This document shows positions 1 to 7,963 of a DNA stretch of 51,643 bases, piece by piece. Position 1 is the first letter of the stretch. Every line of letters starts with the position of its first letter. Origin of the DNA: a virus. Its lineage: Duplodnaviria; Caudoviricetes. Both the position numbers and the translations under genes were made by a program. Location: IMG/VR virus record IMGVR_UViG_3300023245_000021, positions 1 to 51,643 of that record. One strand, 5' to 3'. The notes beneath the pieces are model-generated. The model was not told where the DNA came from. It did not search any database and saw nothing but the letters and a program-made list of their open reading frames with translations.

Positions 1-67
1 TGATGTTGCTATGGGTTCCCCATACGACCATGCCACACCTTATTTAAAACCAGTGGGGGTGAAGTGA
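1..67 (+). CDS. Partial ORF (3' end only), ...DVAMGSPYDHATPYLKPVGVK
   Basis: Frame from nt 2 is open to TGA at 65-67 and ends in the junction motif; the 5' part lies outside the window. Confidence 0.6.
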   Translation, partial: DVAMGSPYDHATPYLKPVGVK

Positions 68-69
68 TG
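46..69 (+). repeat. Gene-junction element, full copy AAAACCAGTGGGGGTGAAGTGATG
   Basis: Identical to 799-822 and 51200-51223; encodes KPVGVK-stop, an SD and the next ATG. Confidence 0.95.
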
Positions 70-291
70 GACGAATTTAAAGAAAAGGTTACAAGTGGCT
101 CAGTCTACCTAGACCCTGCGGAGATATGCTTTTTTACACAGCCAGAGTATTCCGATTGGAAGTGTTACCTGTTTGGCGGGTCGGGCACGAGTCTGACTTG
201 GACTCCACATAAGGGAAAAGAGCCTAATTGGTTTTGGCGAAAGATGCAGTATTTGATACTCGGCAATCGCTGGGTAAAGGAGAAAGAATAA
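67..291 (+). CDS. Small hypothetical protein (PNWFWRKMQYLILGNRW end)
   Basis: ATG inside the junction motif, 7 nt after GGGGG SD; TAATG overlap with next gene. Confidence 0.8.
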   Translation: MDEFKEKVTSGSVYLDPAEICFFTQPEYSDWKCYLFGGSGTSLTWTPHKGKEPNWFWRKMQYLILGNRWVKEKE

Positions 292-479
292 TGGAAAATA
301 ACCTAATCATGCCTGCAATTCTTGTGTGTCTCGCCGCCTTTATAATAGGCATTGGTCTTGGAGGCCTCGTGAAAGGCGGCACGGCAGAAGAAAAATGGCA
401 GAAAAACACCGCACAAACAGAATGCGCTAGATTTCACCCCGCTACTGGGAAATTTGAATGGATAAAGGGGGTGAAGTGA
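291..479 (+). CDS. Small membrane-anchored hypothetical protein ending WIKGVK
   Basis: ATG 291 after AAGGAG SD; N-terminal hydrophobic stretch. Confidence 0.75.
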   Translation: MENNLIMPAILVCLAAFIIGIGLGGLVKGGTAEEKWQKNTAQTECARFHPATGKFEWIKGVK

Positions 480-481
480 TG
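467..481 (+). repeat. Gene-junction element, core copy GGGGGTGAAGTGATG
   Basis: Exact 15-nt core. Confidence 0.85.
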
Positions 482-673
482 AGTAAATTATATAGGTGCG
501 GATGGTGTGGACGGCCTACAGATAAAGAAGGTCGAGTGACTTCCATGTTTGAAGTTGGGCGCATATCGGATATTGATGAGGTTTGGAAAGACGCAGACCA
601 TGTGCGTGGTGATTGCTGTAGGGTGATAAGCAAGACGAAGAGGATTATTACAATCGACAGATTTCTGAGTTAG
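479..673 (+). CDS. Small Zn-finger-like protein (CGWCG...HxxxxCC)
   Basis: ATG in junction motif; Cys/His pattern. Confidence 0.7.
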   Translation: MSKLYRCGWCGRPTDKEGRVTSMFEVGRISDIDEVWKDADHVRGDCCRVISKTKRIITIDRFLS

Positions 674-688
674 AGGAGTGAAGTGATG
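674..688 (+). repeat. Gene-junction element, degenerate non-coding copy AGGAGTGAAGTGATG
   Basis: 13/15 match to core. Confidence 0.7.
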
Positions 689-820
689 AACAGAGAAGAG
701 AAAGAGTTGAGAGAGTCGATAGCAAGGTTTGAGCGGGAGAGAGACATCGCAGAAGATCGCTTGCTCAAGGCAAAGCACACCCTTAAATTTTATCTATTAA
801 AACCAGTGGGGGTGAAGTGA
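686..820 (+). CDS. 44-aa protein MNREEKEL...YLLKPVGVK (not in ORF track)
   Basis: Hand-translated; bounded by junction motifs at both ends. Confidence 0.75.
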   Translation: MNREEKELRESIARFERERDIAEDRLLKAKHTLKFYLLKPVGVK

Positions 821-822
821 TG
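799..822 (+). repeat. Gene-junction element, full copy
   Basis: AAAACCAGTGGGGGTGAAGTGATG, exact. Confidence 0.95.
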
Positions 823-1017
823 TATTTGCCAGAGATTAAATACCCGCTAAGACTGTGTGTTGAGATGATGCATTATTGCACGTGGTCAAACGAGAAAACG
901 GCAGAGATAAGACCTAGTGAATTGCTTGTCAACTTAGAAGTGTTTTTTAGTAAAGAGCTAATTGAAGAATCGCGAAAAATACTTTGCGGTGAAATAACAC
1001 CAGTGGGGGTGAAGTGA
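820..1017 (+). CDS. Small hypothetical protein ending ITPVGVK
   Basis: ORF between two junction motifs. Confidence 0.75.
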   Translation: MYLPEIKYPLRLCVEMMHYCTWSNEKTAEIRPSELLVNLEVFFSKELIEESRKILCGEITPVGVK

Positions 1018-1019
1018 TG
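996..1019 (+). repeat. Gene-junction element, 1 mismatch (AACACCAGT...)
   Basis: 23/24 match. Confidence 0.9.
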
Positions 1020-1283
1020 CAAACAACACACTATTGCGACGAGTACGGAGGGTTCCTACAGTACCCAACAAAAGAAGTTAAATCCAAGGAAGTTAATGTA
1101 TGGATTCATGAGAGCCTCTTGGCTGCTACGCACGATTATAGCTGTACCGCTTGTCGAGAGAGGAAGGCGGTGCTGGATATGCAGACTGGAATAATGCAAC
1201 CCTGTTGGCGCTGTCAAGAGGAAGGTTACAAAGTGCTGAAGGTTAGACGCAACTGGCTATTACGGTTAGTGGGGGTGAAGTGA
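1017..1283 (+). CDS. Small Zn-finger protein (CTAC...CWRC) ending RLVGVK
   Basis: Two CxxC motifs; bounded by junction motifs. Confidence 0.75.
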   Translation: MQTTHYCDEYGGFLQYPTKEVKSKEVNVWIHESLLAATHDYSCTACRERKAVLDMQTGIMQPCWRCQEEGYKVLKVRRNWLLRLVGVK

Positions 1284-1285
1284 TG
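1268..1285 (+). repeat. Gene-junction element AGTGGGGGTGAAGTGATG
   Basis: Exact 18-nt match. Confidence 0.9.
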
Positions 1286-1570
1286 GACATGAAAGAGATT
1301 AAAATAAAACCGAAAAATATTATATGGTCAGACGAAAAAGATTGTGACGAAAGTTGTAGGTATAACCATGTTCGAGGGGCAAGTGGACTCGGTGAATTTT
1401 TGATTACATGGAAGGGTTGGAAAAAGTTTCCTAGTTTTGACATAGAGGGGCCACTAGAGGATTTTAATAACTTTTATGGTTGTGGTTCTTTAAATGAAGC
1501 TAAGGAAAAAGCTAATAAAATGTATGAAGAAACAATACTGGGTTGCATTGAGTCAACAGAGTTAGGTTAG
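1283..1570 (+). CDS. Hypothetical protein (ITWKGWK motif)
   Basis: ORF starting in junction motif. Confidence 0.75.
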   Translation: MDMKEIKIKPKNIIWSDEKDCDESCRYNHVRGASGLGEFLITWKGWKKFPSFDIEGPLEDFNNFYGCGSLNEAKEKANKMYEETILGCIESTELG

Positions 1571-1571
1571 C

Positions 1572-1586
1572 GGAGGTGAAGTGATG
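1572..1586 (+). repeat. Gene-junction element, non-coding copy GGAGGTGAAGTGATG
   Basis: 14/15 match; shares upstream GGTTAG with the 1264-1285 copy. Confidence 0.8.
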
Positions 1587-1769
1587 AGTATGTACAACTG
1601 CGGAATATGTGGAGCTTGGAAGGACAATGATTACGAACCTGCTGAGTTTATAAAAGAGAACAGCAGTGACGAAGAGTACCCAGTGTGCGAAGATTGTTTC
1701 GCTGAACATGAAGAGAATAAGAATGACTATACCCACCACGACTATGAGTCTAGTAATGAGCAGAAGTAA
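1584..1769 (+). CDS. Small acidic Zn-finger protein (CGIC...CEDC)
   Basis: Two CxxC motifs; start in junction motif. Confidence 0.7.
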   Translation: MSMYNCGICGAWKDNDYEPAEFIKENSSDEEYPVCEDCFAEHEENKNDYTHHDYESSNEQK

Positions 1770-1920
1770 AGTATACACTACCTTAGCCTTCCTTATGGCA
1801 GCGTGTATGATCTATAAGGTATCCGCAGACCCTGAAGGCTATGGGTTGGATACCACCTTTTTAATCTGGGGAGTCTACATGGCCTCTGGTGTATTGTATT
1901 ATATTTGGAGTGAGACATGA
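1756..1920 (+). CDS. Small two-TM membrane protein
   Basis: Internal ATG of track ORF 1666-1920; two hydrophobic segments. Confidence 0.55.
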   Translation: MSRSKVYTTLAFLMAACMIYKVSADPEGYGLDTTFLIWGVYMASGVLYYIWSET

Positions 1921-2114
1921 GAGTAATTGATGATGATGATAAGACTATAGCTGTGTTTAGGAAGCACTTTGGCTTTGGGTTTAGTAGAGAACACTACTAT
2001 CCTATATTGGCAAAGCTTAGAGAGGAGTTAGCCGAAGATTCTTTCGACGAGATATTTGATGCCGTAGCTAGACACGAGACTAAACTAAACAAAGAACAGG
2101 AGAGTGATGTATGA
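1917..2114 (+). CDS. Hypothetical protein (MRVIDDD start)
   Basis: ATGA overlap and GGAG SD. Confidence 0.7.
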   Translation: MRVIDDDDKTIAVFRKHFGFGFSREHYYPILAKLREELAEDSFDEIFDAVARHETKLNKEQESDV

Positions 2115-2196
2115 TGGATACTATGGTTATCAAAAACCCGGCAGATGATAAGCCGAGTGATCAAGAAGATTTGTTTGAAGCCGTGGCTAACTGCTC

Positions 2197-2379
2197 ATGA
2201 GCTCTTCAACCCACGGAGGTAAAGGAGACAGGCAGCGGCCTAAAGATACAGAGAGGTTTAATACTAATTGGGATTTAATATTTAAAGGAGAAAAGAAAGA
2301 TGATAAAGAAGTTGGCTACACTGCTCGGCGAGAAGCTCCTGTCTTGGATACAACAAGAGACAATAATCCTAAAGAGTAG
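2197..2379 (+). CDS. Small phage protein, GKGxxxRP...FxxNWDxIF type
   Basis: Motif also present in 35857-36030; recognised from memory as common in aquatic phages. Confidence 0.6.
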   Translation: MSSSTHGGKGDRQRPKDTERFNTNWDLIFKGEKKDDKEVGYTARREAPVLDTTRDNNPKE

Positions 2380-2473
2380 GTTTGAATCGAGGTTCATAAA
2401 GACAGTGCGCTCAGTGGTTGTATTGGCTTGTGTGCTGACACTCATTAATGTTATAATGGTTTTAAAAGGATAG
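2300..2473 (+). CDS. 57-aa membrane protein (not in track)
   Basis: Hand-translated MIKKLATLLGEK...; AAGGAG SD; C-terminal TM segment. Confidence 0.55.
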   Translation: MIKKLATLLGEKLLSWIQQETIILKSRFESRFIKTVRSVVVLACVLTLINVIMVLKG

Positions 2474-2479
2474 AGCACT

Positions 2480-2593
2480 ATGAATATAATATTAGGAATG
2501 CTTGTAGGGGTGGCAGTAATTTTATGTATTAAAGTCCTGTATGAATCAGAGCTGATGATAGAGGAACTAAAGAAAGAAAGAGAAGAGGATTAA
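2480..2593 (+). CDS. 37-aa membrane peptide (not in track)
   Basis: AAAGGA SD; hydrophobic N-terminus, charged C-terminus. Confidence 0.55.
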   Translation: MNIILGMLVGVAVILCIKVLYESELMIEELKKEREED

Positions 2594-2597
2594 AGTT

Positions 2598-2900
2598 ATG
2601 ACTAGACGAATAGATAGTATGGATGGGGAGCAACTATACGCTTCTTGGATGAGGTACTCAGGCCCTCTAGCATTATGGCTACTCGAGATGACTGAGCCAG
2701 AACCAAGATGGCAAGACGACCTGAAGAAGGGCCCTATAATCTGTTGGGTTTGGGATAGAGAAAGAGTAAACCCTAAAAAGTATATGTATAATATAGATTC
2801 AATAAACCCTGAAACTGCTGACTACCGCGGAGGTATTCTTAGTTGGGAGTTTGCCGAGCCTGTAAGACCCCACGAAATCTACCAAGGAGGTAGCAGATGA
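2598..2900 (+). CDS. Hypothetical protein, paralog of 48911-49240
   Basis: Shared RRID..SWM.YSGPL..EP.PRW.DDLK.G...CWVW. Confidence 0.8.
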   Translation: MTRRIDSMDGEQLYASWMRYSGPLALWLLEMTEPEPRWQDDLKKGPIICWVWDRERVNPKKYMYNIDSINPETADYRGGILSWEFAEPVRPHEIYQGGSR

Positions 2901-3106
2901 ATATATTAATAAGCGCTGAACTACTACAAGAAATGATAGAGTATGTTGAGTCAGCCGAACAGGGCTACGACGCCGAGCATGGGCTAGTGCGGAAGATCCC
3001 GCAGGTTTCACCTGACGACATGATGCCTGATCTCTATGCCACCTTAAAGACTCTAGAAGCGCGGCAACACCCAAACAGAACGGAGGACAACCGCGGCAAT
3101 AAATAA
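2897..3106 (+). CDS. Hypothetical protein
   Basis: AAGGAGGT SD, ATGA overlap. Confidence 0.7.
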   Translation: MNILISAELLQEMIEYVESAEQGYDAEHGLVRKIPQVSPDDMMPDLYATLKTLEARQHPNRTEDNRGNK

Positions 3107-3114
3107 AAAAGAAC

Positions 3115-3143
3115 TTGACAGACTTAACAGACTATGCTATACT
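3115..3143 (+). promoter_or_regulatory. Sigma70-type promoter for replication genes
   Basis: TTGACA-17 bp-TATACT with extended TG and an A-tract upstream. Confidence 0.85.
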
Positions 3144-3184
3144 TCACCCTCAATTTTAAAACAACTTAAAAAGGAAATATCAAC

Positions 3185-3619
3185 ATGGCAATATTAGAAG
3201 GCTCAGCATACTGGGCATCAGTTTTAACACCCAACACCACTTTTGAACCGGCCTACTCGGTCAATCTGGTTGTAGACGAAGCGACTGCCGAGGACTTTAA
3301 GGCCCGAGGGTTTAATATTAAACAGATGGACGAAGGCCCTTCTATTCTTTTCAAGCGTAAAGTCGAAGGCAAAGGCGGAACAATTCGCAGCGCGCCTAAG
3401 CTCATGGATAAGTTCAAGAACCCTCTGGACGCACGGGTCGGCAATGGCTCAGCCGTTAAGGTTCAGTACAGCGAGTGGGAAACCACCAATAAGTTTGGTT
3501 CTTTTCGGGGCTTAGACTTTCAGGCTATGCAGGTCTTAAACTTAGTAGAAGTAGGGACTGAAGATGGCGCAGAGTTTGATGCCGAAGACGCAGACGACGA
3601 TATGGACGGAGAACTATAG
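3185..3619 (+). CDS. Single-stranded DNA-binding protein (T7 gp2.5-like)
   Basis: VGNGSxVKV motif, acidic C-tail, position before primase-helicase. Confidence 0.8.
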   Translation: MAILEGSAYWASVLTPNTTFEPAYSVNLVVDEATAEDFKARGFNIKQMDEGPSILFKRKVEGKGGTIRSAPKLMDKFKNPLDARVGNGSAVKVQYSEWETTNKFGSFRGLDFQAMQVLNLVEVGTEDGAEFDAEDADDDMDGEL

Positions 3620-3840
3620 TGGGTATCATTACCGTAGACGGGACTCAGTACGAGTCCGACAACCTCTCGGCACTGGGTCAAGGCATCTTAGCTCGCCTCA
3701 TCGAAGCAGACAAGCGAACAAGCGAGGCTTCGCAGACTGCCGCGATTTTTCAGGCCGCTGTGCTTCAGTTGATCATAGAGCTTAAAGATAACCATCTCTT
3801 TGACGAGGCGCTTGTCACAGAGGAAGTAACCGAGGAGTAA
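3619..3840 (+). CDS. Hypothetical protein
   Basis: GTG start overlapping the SSB stop. Confidence 0.7.
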   Translation: MGIITVDGTQYESDNLSALGQGILARLIEADKRTSEASQTAAIFQAAVLQLIIELKDNHLFDEALVTEEVTEE

Positions 3841-3845
3841 GCCCA

Positions 3846-5516
3846 TTGCCTTTTGTTAAACACAAACTACCGTGTCCTGAGTGTGGCGGAAGCGACCCAG
3901 TATCTTTAAACGATAATGGGTCAGGTTGGTGCTTCAGCGGGTGTGGCTATCTGCCAAACTACGGAGCCAAAAAGGAAGAGACTTTAACCGACACTGTTAT
4001 AGACTTTGAAATGCACCAAAGGAACAGTAAGATGAATGACGACGGAACTGCCGCCTTTAATGAATTGACTGACCGCAAGATAAGCTTAGCTACTGCTAAG
4101 AAGTACGGCGTCAAATCAACAATGGTTGGCGGGAAGATAGACAAGCACTACTATCCTTATTATAACGGGCATGAGTTAGCCGCTACTAAAATCCGTAAAC
4201 AGAACAAGGATTTTCCGTGGACAGGGAGTCCAAAGGAAGCGGGGTTGTTTGGCGAGAACCTGTTTAAAGCCGGAGGTAAATTCATAACCCTAGTAGAAGG
4301 AGAGTGTGACGCGATGGCCGCTTATGAACTTATGGGGAGTAAGTGGCCTGTTGTTTCTTTAAAGAACGGGGCGGATGGAGGCGTCCGAGATGTAAAAGAG
4401 AACTTAGAATACCTTGAGTCTTTTGAGTCCATAGTAATTAATCTGGACAACGACAAGCCCGGAAAGGCTGCGGCTCTATTGATCGCCAAGCTCTTAACGC
4501 CGGGCAAAGCCAAGATCATGACACTGCCCGTGGACTACAAAGATGCCAACGATATGTTGCGCCAAGGTAGACACGCCGCATACGTCAGTGCTTTTTGGGA
4601 TGCTAAACTCTATACGCCCTCTGGTGTATTGAATATGTCCGAGCAGCTAGAGGCTTATCAACAGCTAAGAGCCGAACGAAAACCGGCCATCCCTTATCCT
4701 TGGTCTGGTTTAAACCGCAAGCTAGAGGGCCTGAGATCCGGCGAGCTTGTTACGCTTACTGGCGGCACGGGCTTAGGAAAGTCCTCTGTTACTCGCGAGG
4801 TTGAGCATTGGTTGATTGAACACACTGACGACAATGTGGGTGTCCTAGCCCTTGAAGAGAGTTGGGCCCGTACTGCGGAGGGTATCATGGCAGTAGAGGC
4901 AAACGCCAAGCTGCATCTTGATAGCGTCAAGGCTACGTTCGCCGACGAACAACTAGACGACTACTATAAGAAAGTCTTTATGGGCGAGAACGAAGGAAGA
5001 GTGTGGGTACATGCTCATCATGGTGTCAATAACCTAGAAGAGATCTTCAGCAAGCTACGATATATGATCATAGGATTAGACTGTAAATGGGTTGTAGTTG
5101 ATCACCTTCACATGCTTGTGTTATCTACTTTAGAGCACGACGAGCGCAAAGCCATTGATGGCATCATGCACCGCTTACGGACTATGGTAGAAGAGACAGG
5201 CTGTGGTATGATACTGGTGTCACACTTGAGGCGAGTCGATGGAAACAGAGGCCACGAAAACGGAATAGAGACAGGGCTATCACACTTGAGAGGCTCTCAA
5301 TCTATTGCTCAGTTGAGTGATTGTGTTATTGCCTTGGAGCGAAACCAACAATCCGAAGATCACATAGAGGCATCAACCACTAAAGTTAGGGTGCTTAAGT
5401 CTAGGTACACTGGCGATGTTGGCGTAGCTTGTCATCTCTTGTATGATCATACGACAGGACGACTGCGAGAGCTAGATGACTTTGATGACTCGCAGTTTGA
5501 CGGAGAGGTTATGTGA
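3846..5516 (+). CDS. T7 gp4-like DNA primase-helicase
   Basis: Zn ribbon CPECGGSD; TOPRIM EGECDA and DNDxxG; Walker A GGTGLGKS; VVVDH; LRGSQSIAQLSD. Confidence 0.97.
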   Translation: MPFVKHKLPCPECGGSDPVSLNDNGSGWCFSGCGYLPNYGAKKEETLTDTVIDFEMHQRNSKMNDDGTAAFNELTDRKISLATAKKYGVKSTMVGGKIDKHYYPYYNGHELAATKIRKQNKDFPWTGSPKEAGLFGENLFKAGGKFITLVEGECDAMAAYELMGSKWPVVSLKNGADGGVRDVKENLEYLESFESIVINLDNDKPGKAAALLIAKLLTPGKAKIMTLPVDYKDANDMLRQGRHAAYVSAFWDAKLYTPSGVLNMSEQLEAYQQLRAERKPAIPYPWSGLNRKLEGLRSGELVTLTGGTGLGKSSVTREVEHWLIEHTDDNVGVLALEESWARTAEGIMAVEANAKLHLDSVKATFADEQLDDYYKKVFMGENEGRVWVHAHHGVNNLEEIFSKLRYMIIGLDCKWVVVDHLHMLVLSTLEHDERKAIDGIMHRLRTMVEETGCGMILVSHLRRVDGNRGHENGIETGLSHLRGSQSIAQLSDCVIALERNQQSEDHIEASTTKVRVLKSRYTGDVGVACHLLYDHTTGRLRELDDFDDSQFDGEVM

Positions 5517-6178
5517 GTAAGGCGTGTTCTAGATGTGGGGAGATTAAAGCGCTTGAAGAGTTTTATAAACGCAGGCGCACTAAGGAGGGGCGCAGGTCTG
5601 AGTGTAAAGAATGTTCAAAGGCTTCTGAAAAAGAATATTACCTAGCGAACAGAGAGGCTGTTAATTCGAGGACTCAGGCGTGGGCTAGAGCCAATCCAAT
5701 GAGTGCTAGGGCTCGGAGCAAGGCGTGGTACGAAGCTAACAAAGAAAGGAAGGCGGCGAAGGGCAGGGCTTGGCGCGAAGCAAACAAAGAAAGAGATCAG
5801 AATTATAATAAGGCTTGGTACGAAGAGAACAAAGAAAGATCTGCGGCACTGAGCAGGGCGTGGCGCGAAGCTAATCCCGAAAGGGTGAAGGCTAATAATA
5901 AGGCTTGGCATCAGACACACTTAGACAAGAGAAACGCGAGTGGGGCTAAGTACAGAGCCGCAAGACTACAGCGCACAGTGGCATGGTCTAACAACGAGGT
6001 AATAGAAGAGGTGTACGCCGAAGCTCGAAGGCTGTCAGAAACTACAGGCATCCAGTTTCATGTCGATCATGTTATTCCGCTTCAAGGTAAACTGGTCAGC
6101 GGCCTTCATGTTGAAACAAATTTACAGATACTTATGGCACACGATAATAGTGCTAAGTCCAACAACTTTAAAATCTAA
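5513..6178 (+). CDS. Free-standing HNH endonuclease with Zn finger and AWxEANxER repeats
   Basis: CSRC/CKEC; HVDHVIPL...GLHVETNLQ...N..KSN. Confidence 0.9.
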   Translation: MSKACSRCGEIKALEEFYKRRRTKEGRRSECKECSKASEKEYYLANREAVNSRTQAWARANPMSARARSKAWYEANKERKAAKGRAWREANKERDQNYNKAWYEENKERSAALSRAWREANPERVKANNKAWHQTHLDKRNASGAKYRAARLQRTVAWSNNEVIEEVYAEARRLSETTGIQFHVDHVIPLQGKLVSGLHVETNLQILMAHDNSAKSNNFKI

Positions 6179-6190
6179 AGGAAGAAGAGA

Positions 6191-7963
6191 ATGGTTAACC
6201 TAGTATTCGATATAGAAGCTAACGGTTTAGACCCTACTAAGATCCACTGTATTGTGGCCCAAGACGCCTTCACCAAGGCGGTATTTAAGTTTGATAACAC
6301 TCAACTAGAAGAGGGCTATAAGTTCCTTAGCTCTGCAACTAAGCTCATAGGCCATAATATTATAGGCTATGACATACCCGTCATTAAAAGGCTAGCAGGC
6401 GTGGATCTATTTGATAAGAAGATTGTAGATACTCTAGTTTTATCTCGGCTCTTTAACCCCACCCGCGAGGGGAACCACGGCTTAGAGGGATGGGGCTATC
6501 GCTTAGGCTTTAAGAAAGGTGACTTTGGAAAAGCCGAGGGTGCTTGGGAAGTCTACACGCCCGAGATGTTGAAGTATTGTAAGAATGATGTGTTGTTGAA
6601 TACTAAAGTCTATGAGGCTCTTAAGATTGAGAGCCGCGGGTTTACGCCGCAGTCTGTTCAAATAGAACACGCAGTTGCTAGGATTATAGATCAACAGCGC
6701 AACAACGGCTTTGTTCTTGATGTCGAGAAAGTCATGGGCTTGATGGCTATGTTCGAAACCCTCCTGCATGATTTAGTTGAGGAGGTTCATGAGGAGTTTA
6801 AGCCTGTTATAACTACGCAGATACTTAGCCCTAAGTTTACTACCAACGGGTCATTAGCTAAGACAGCAACAGACCAACACGGAGCCGGGACAAGACTGAG
6901 TGACGAAGAGTACGAGAAACTTTTAGTAGATGAGGGCTCTAAGCCTATAGCTCGACACACCGAGACGCCCTTTAACCTTGGCTCAAGGAAACAAATAGGC
7001 GAATACTTAATCCGCTTCGGTTGGAAGCCGCAGAAGTTTACGCCCACAGGTCAGCCGATGGTAGACGAGGGGATACTTAAACGAGTTAAGAGGATTCCGC
7101 AGGCCGCCTTAATCGCCCGCTACCTTATGGTTCAGAAGCGCTTGGCACAAACTAAGAGTTGGATCAAAGAACTGAACGAAGAGACAGGCAGAGTGCATGG
7201 TTATGTTAATCCTAATGGCGCAGTGACAAGCCGCATGACTCATTCGCATCCGAACATGGCTCAAATTCCTAGTAGCACTTCGCCTTATGGCCCCGAGTGT
7301 CGTGCTTGTTGGACAGTCCCAAAAGGCTACAAGCTTGTAGGCATTGATGCCTCTGGCTTAGAACTACGAATGCTAGCACACTACTTAAACGACGAGGGCT
7401 ATACTAATGAAATCCTTAACGGAGACATACATACCACTAATCAAAACCTTGCAGGGCTTGAGTCAAGAGATCAGGCTAAGACTTTCATCTATGCCCTCCT
7501 GTACGGAGCCGGAGATGCTAAGCTTGGATCAGTGGCTAAAAGAGGCAGAGCAGGTGGTAAAGGACTTAGACAACGCTTCTTTGATAACCTCCCATCATTT
7601 AAAGCTCTTACAGATCGCGTACAAAGAGAAGCAGCAAGCGGATTCATTAAAGGCTTAGATGGCCGCAAGCTCACGGTTCGCTCGGCTCACGCTGCCCTCA
7701 ACACTCTTCTTCAAGGAGCAGGCGCAATAGTCATGAAGAAGGCGCTGATAATCCTTGATGATCTTATAACCTCTAAAGGACTTGATGCTAAGTTCGTAGC
7801 CAATGTCCACGACGAATGGCAGATAGAGTGCCACAAAGATCACGCAGAAGAAGTAGGAAAGCTAGGTGTACGAGCCATCAAAGAAGCAGGCTGTATGCTT
7901 GCGCTTAATTGTCCATTAGACGGCGACTATAAAGTCGGGGAGAACTGGAGTGAAACACATTAA
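6191..7963 (+). CDS. polA: Family A DNA polymerase with 3'-5' exonuclease (T7 gp5-like)
   Basis: FDIE exo I; DASGLELR motif A; RDQAKTFIYALLYGAG motif B (Tyr, as in T7); VHDE motif C. Confidence 0.97.
   Translation: MVNLVFDIEANGLDPTKIHCIVAQDAFTKAVFKFDNTQLEEGYKFLSSATKLIGHNIIGYDIPVIKRLAGVDLFDKKIVDTLVLSRLFNPTREGNHGLEGWGYRLGFKKGDFGKAEGAWEVYTPEMLKYCKNDVLLNTKVYEALKIESRGFTPQSVQIEHAVARIIDQQRNNGFVLDVEKVMGLMAMFETLLHDLVEEVHEEFKPVITTQILSPKFTTNGSLAKTATDQHGAGTRLSDEEYEKLLVDEGSKPIARHTETPFNLGSRKQIGEYLIRFGWKPQKFTPTGQPMVDEGILKRVKRIPQAALIARYLMVQKRLAQTKSWIKELNEETGRVHGYVNPNGAVTSRMTHSHPNMAQIPSSTSPYGPECRACWTVPKGYKLVGIDASGLELRMLAHYLNDEGYTNEILNGDIHTTNQNLAGLESRDQAKTFIYALLYGAGDAKLGSVAKRGRAGGKGLRQRFFDNLPSFKALTDRVQREAASGFIKGLDGRKLTVRSAHAALNTLLQGAGAIVMKKALIILDDLITSKGLDAKFVANVHDEWQIECHKDHAEEVGKLGVRAIKEAGCMLALNCPLDGDYKVGENWSETH

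Noticed and set aside
46-1586. Junction repeats as a CRISPR array or integron attC sites
   Set aside because: Spacers are whole ORFs of very unequal length, the repeat is not palindromic, there is no attC-like inverted core, and no cas or integrase gene is visible
6191-7963. HMO-2011-type DnaJ insertion, intron or intein in PolA
   Set aside because: No CxxCxGxG repeats or splicing motifs; the ORF is continuous and all motifs are present
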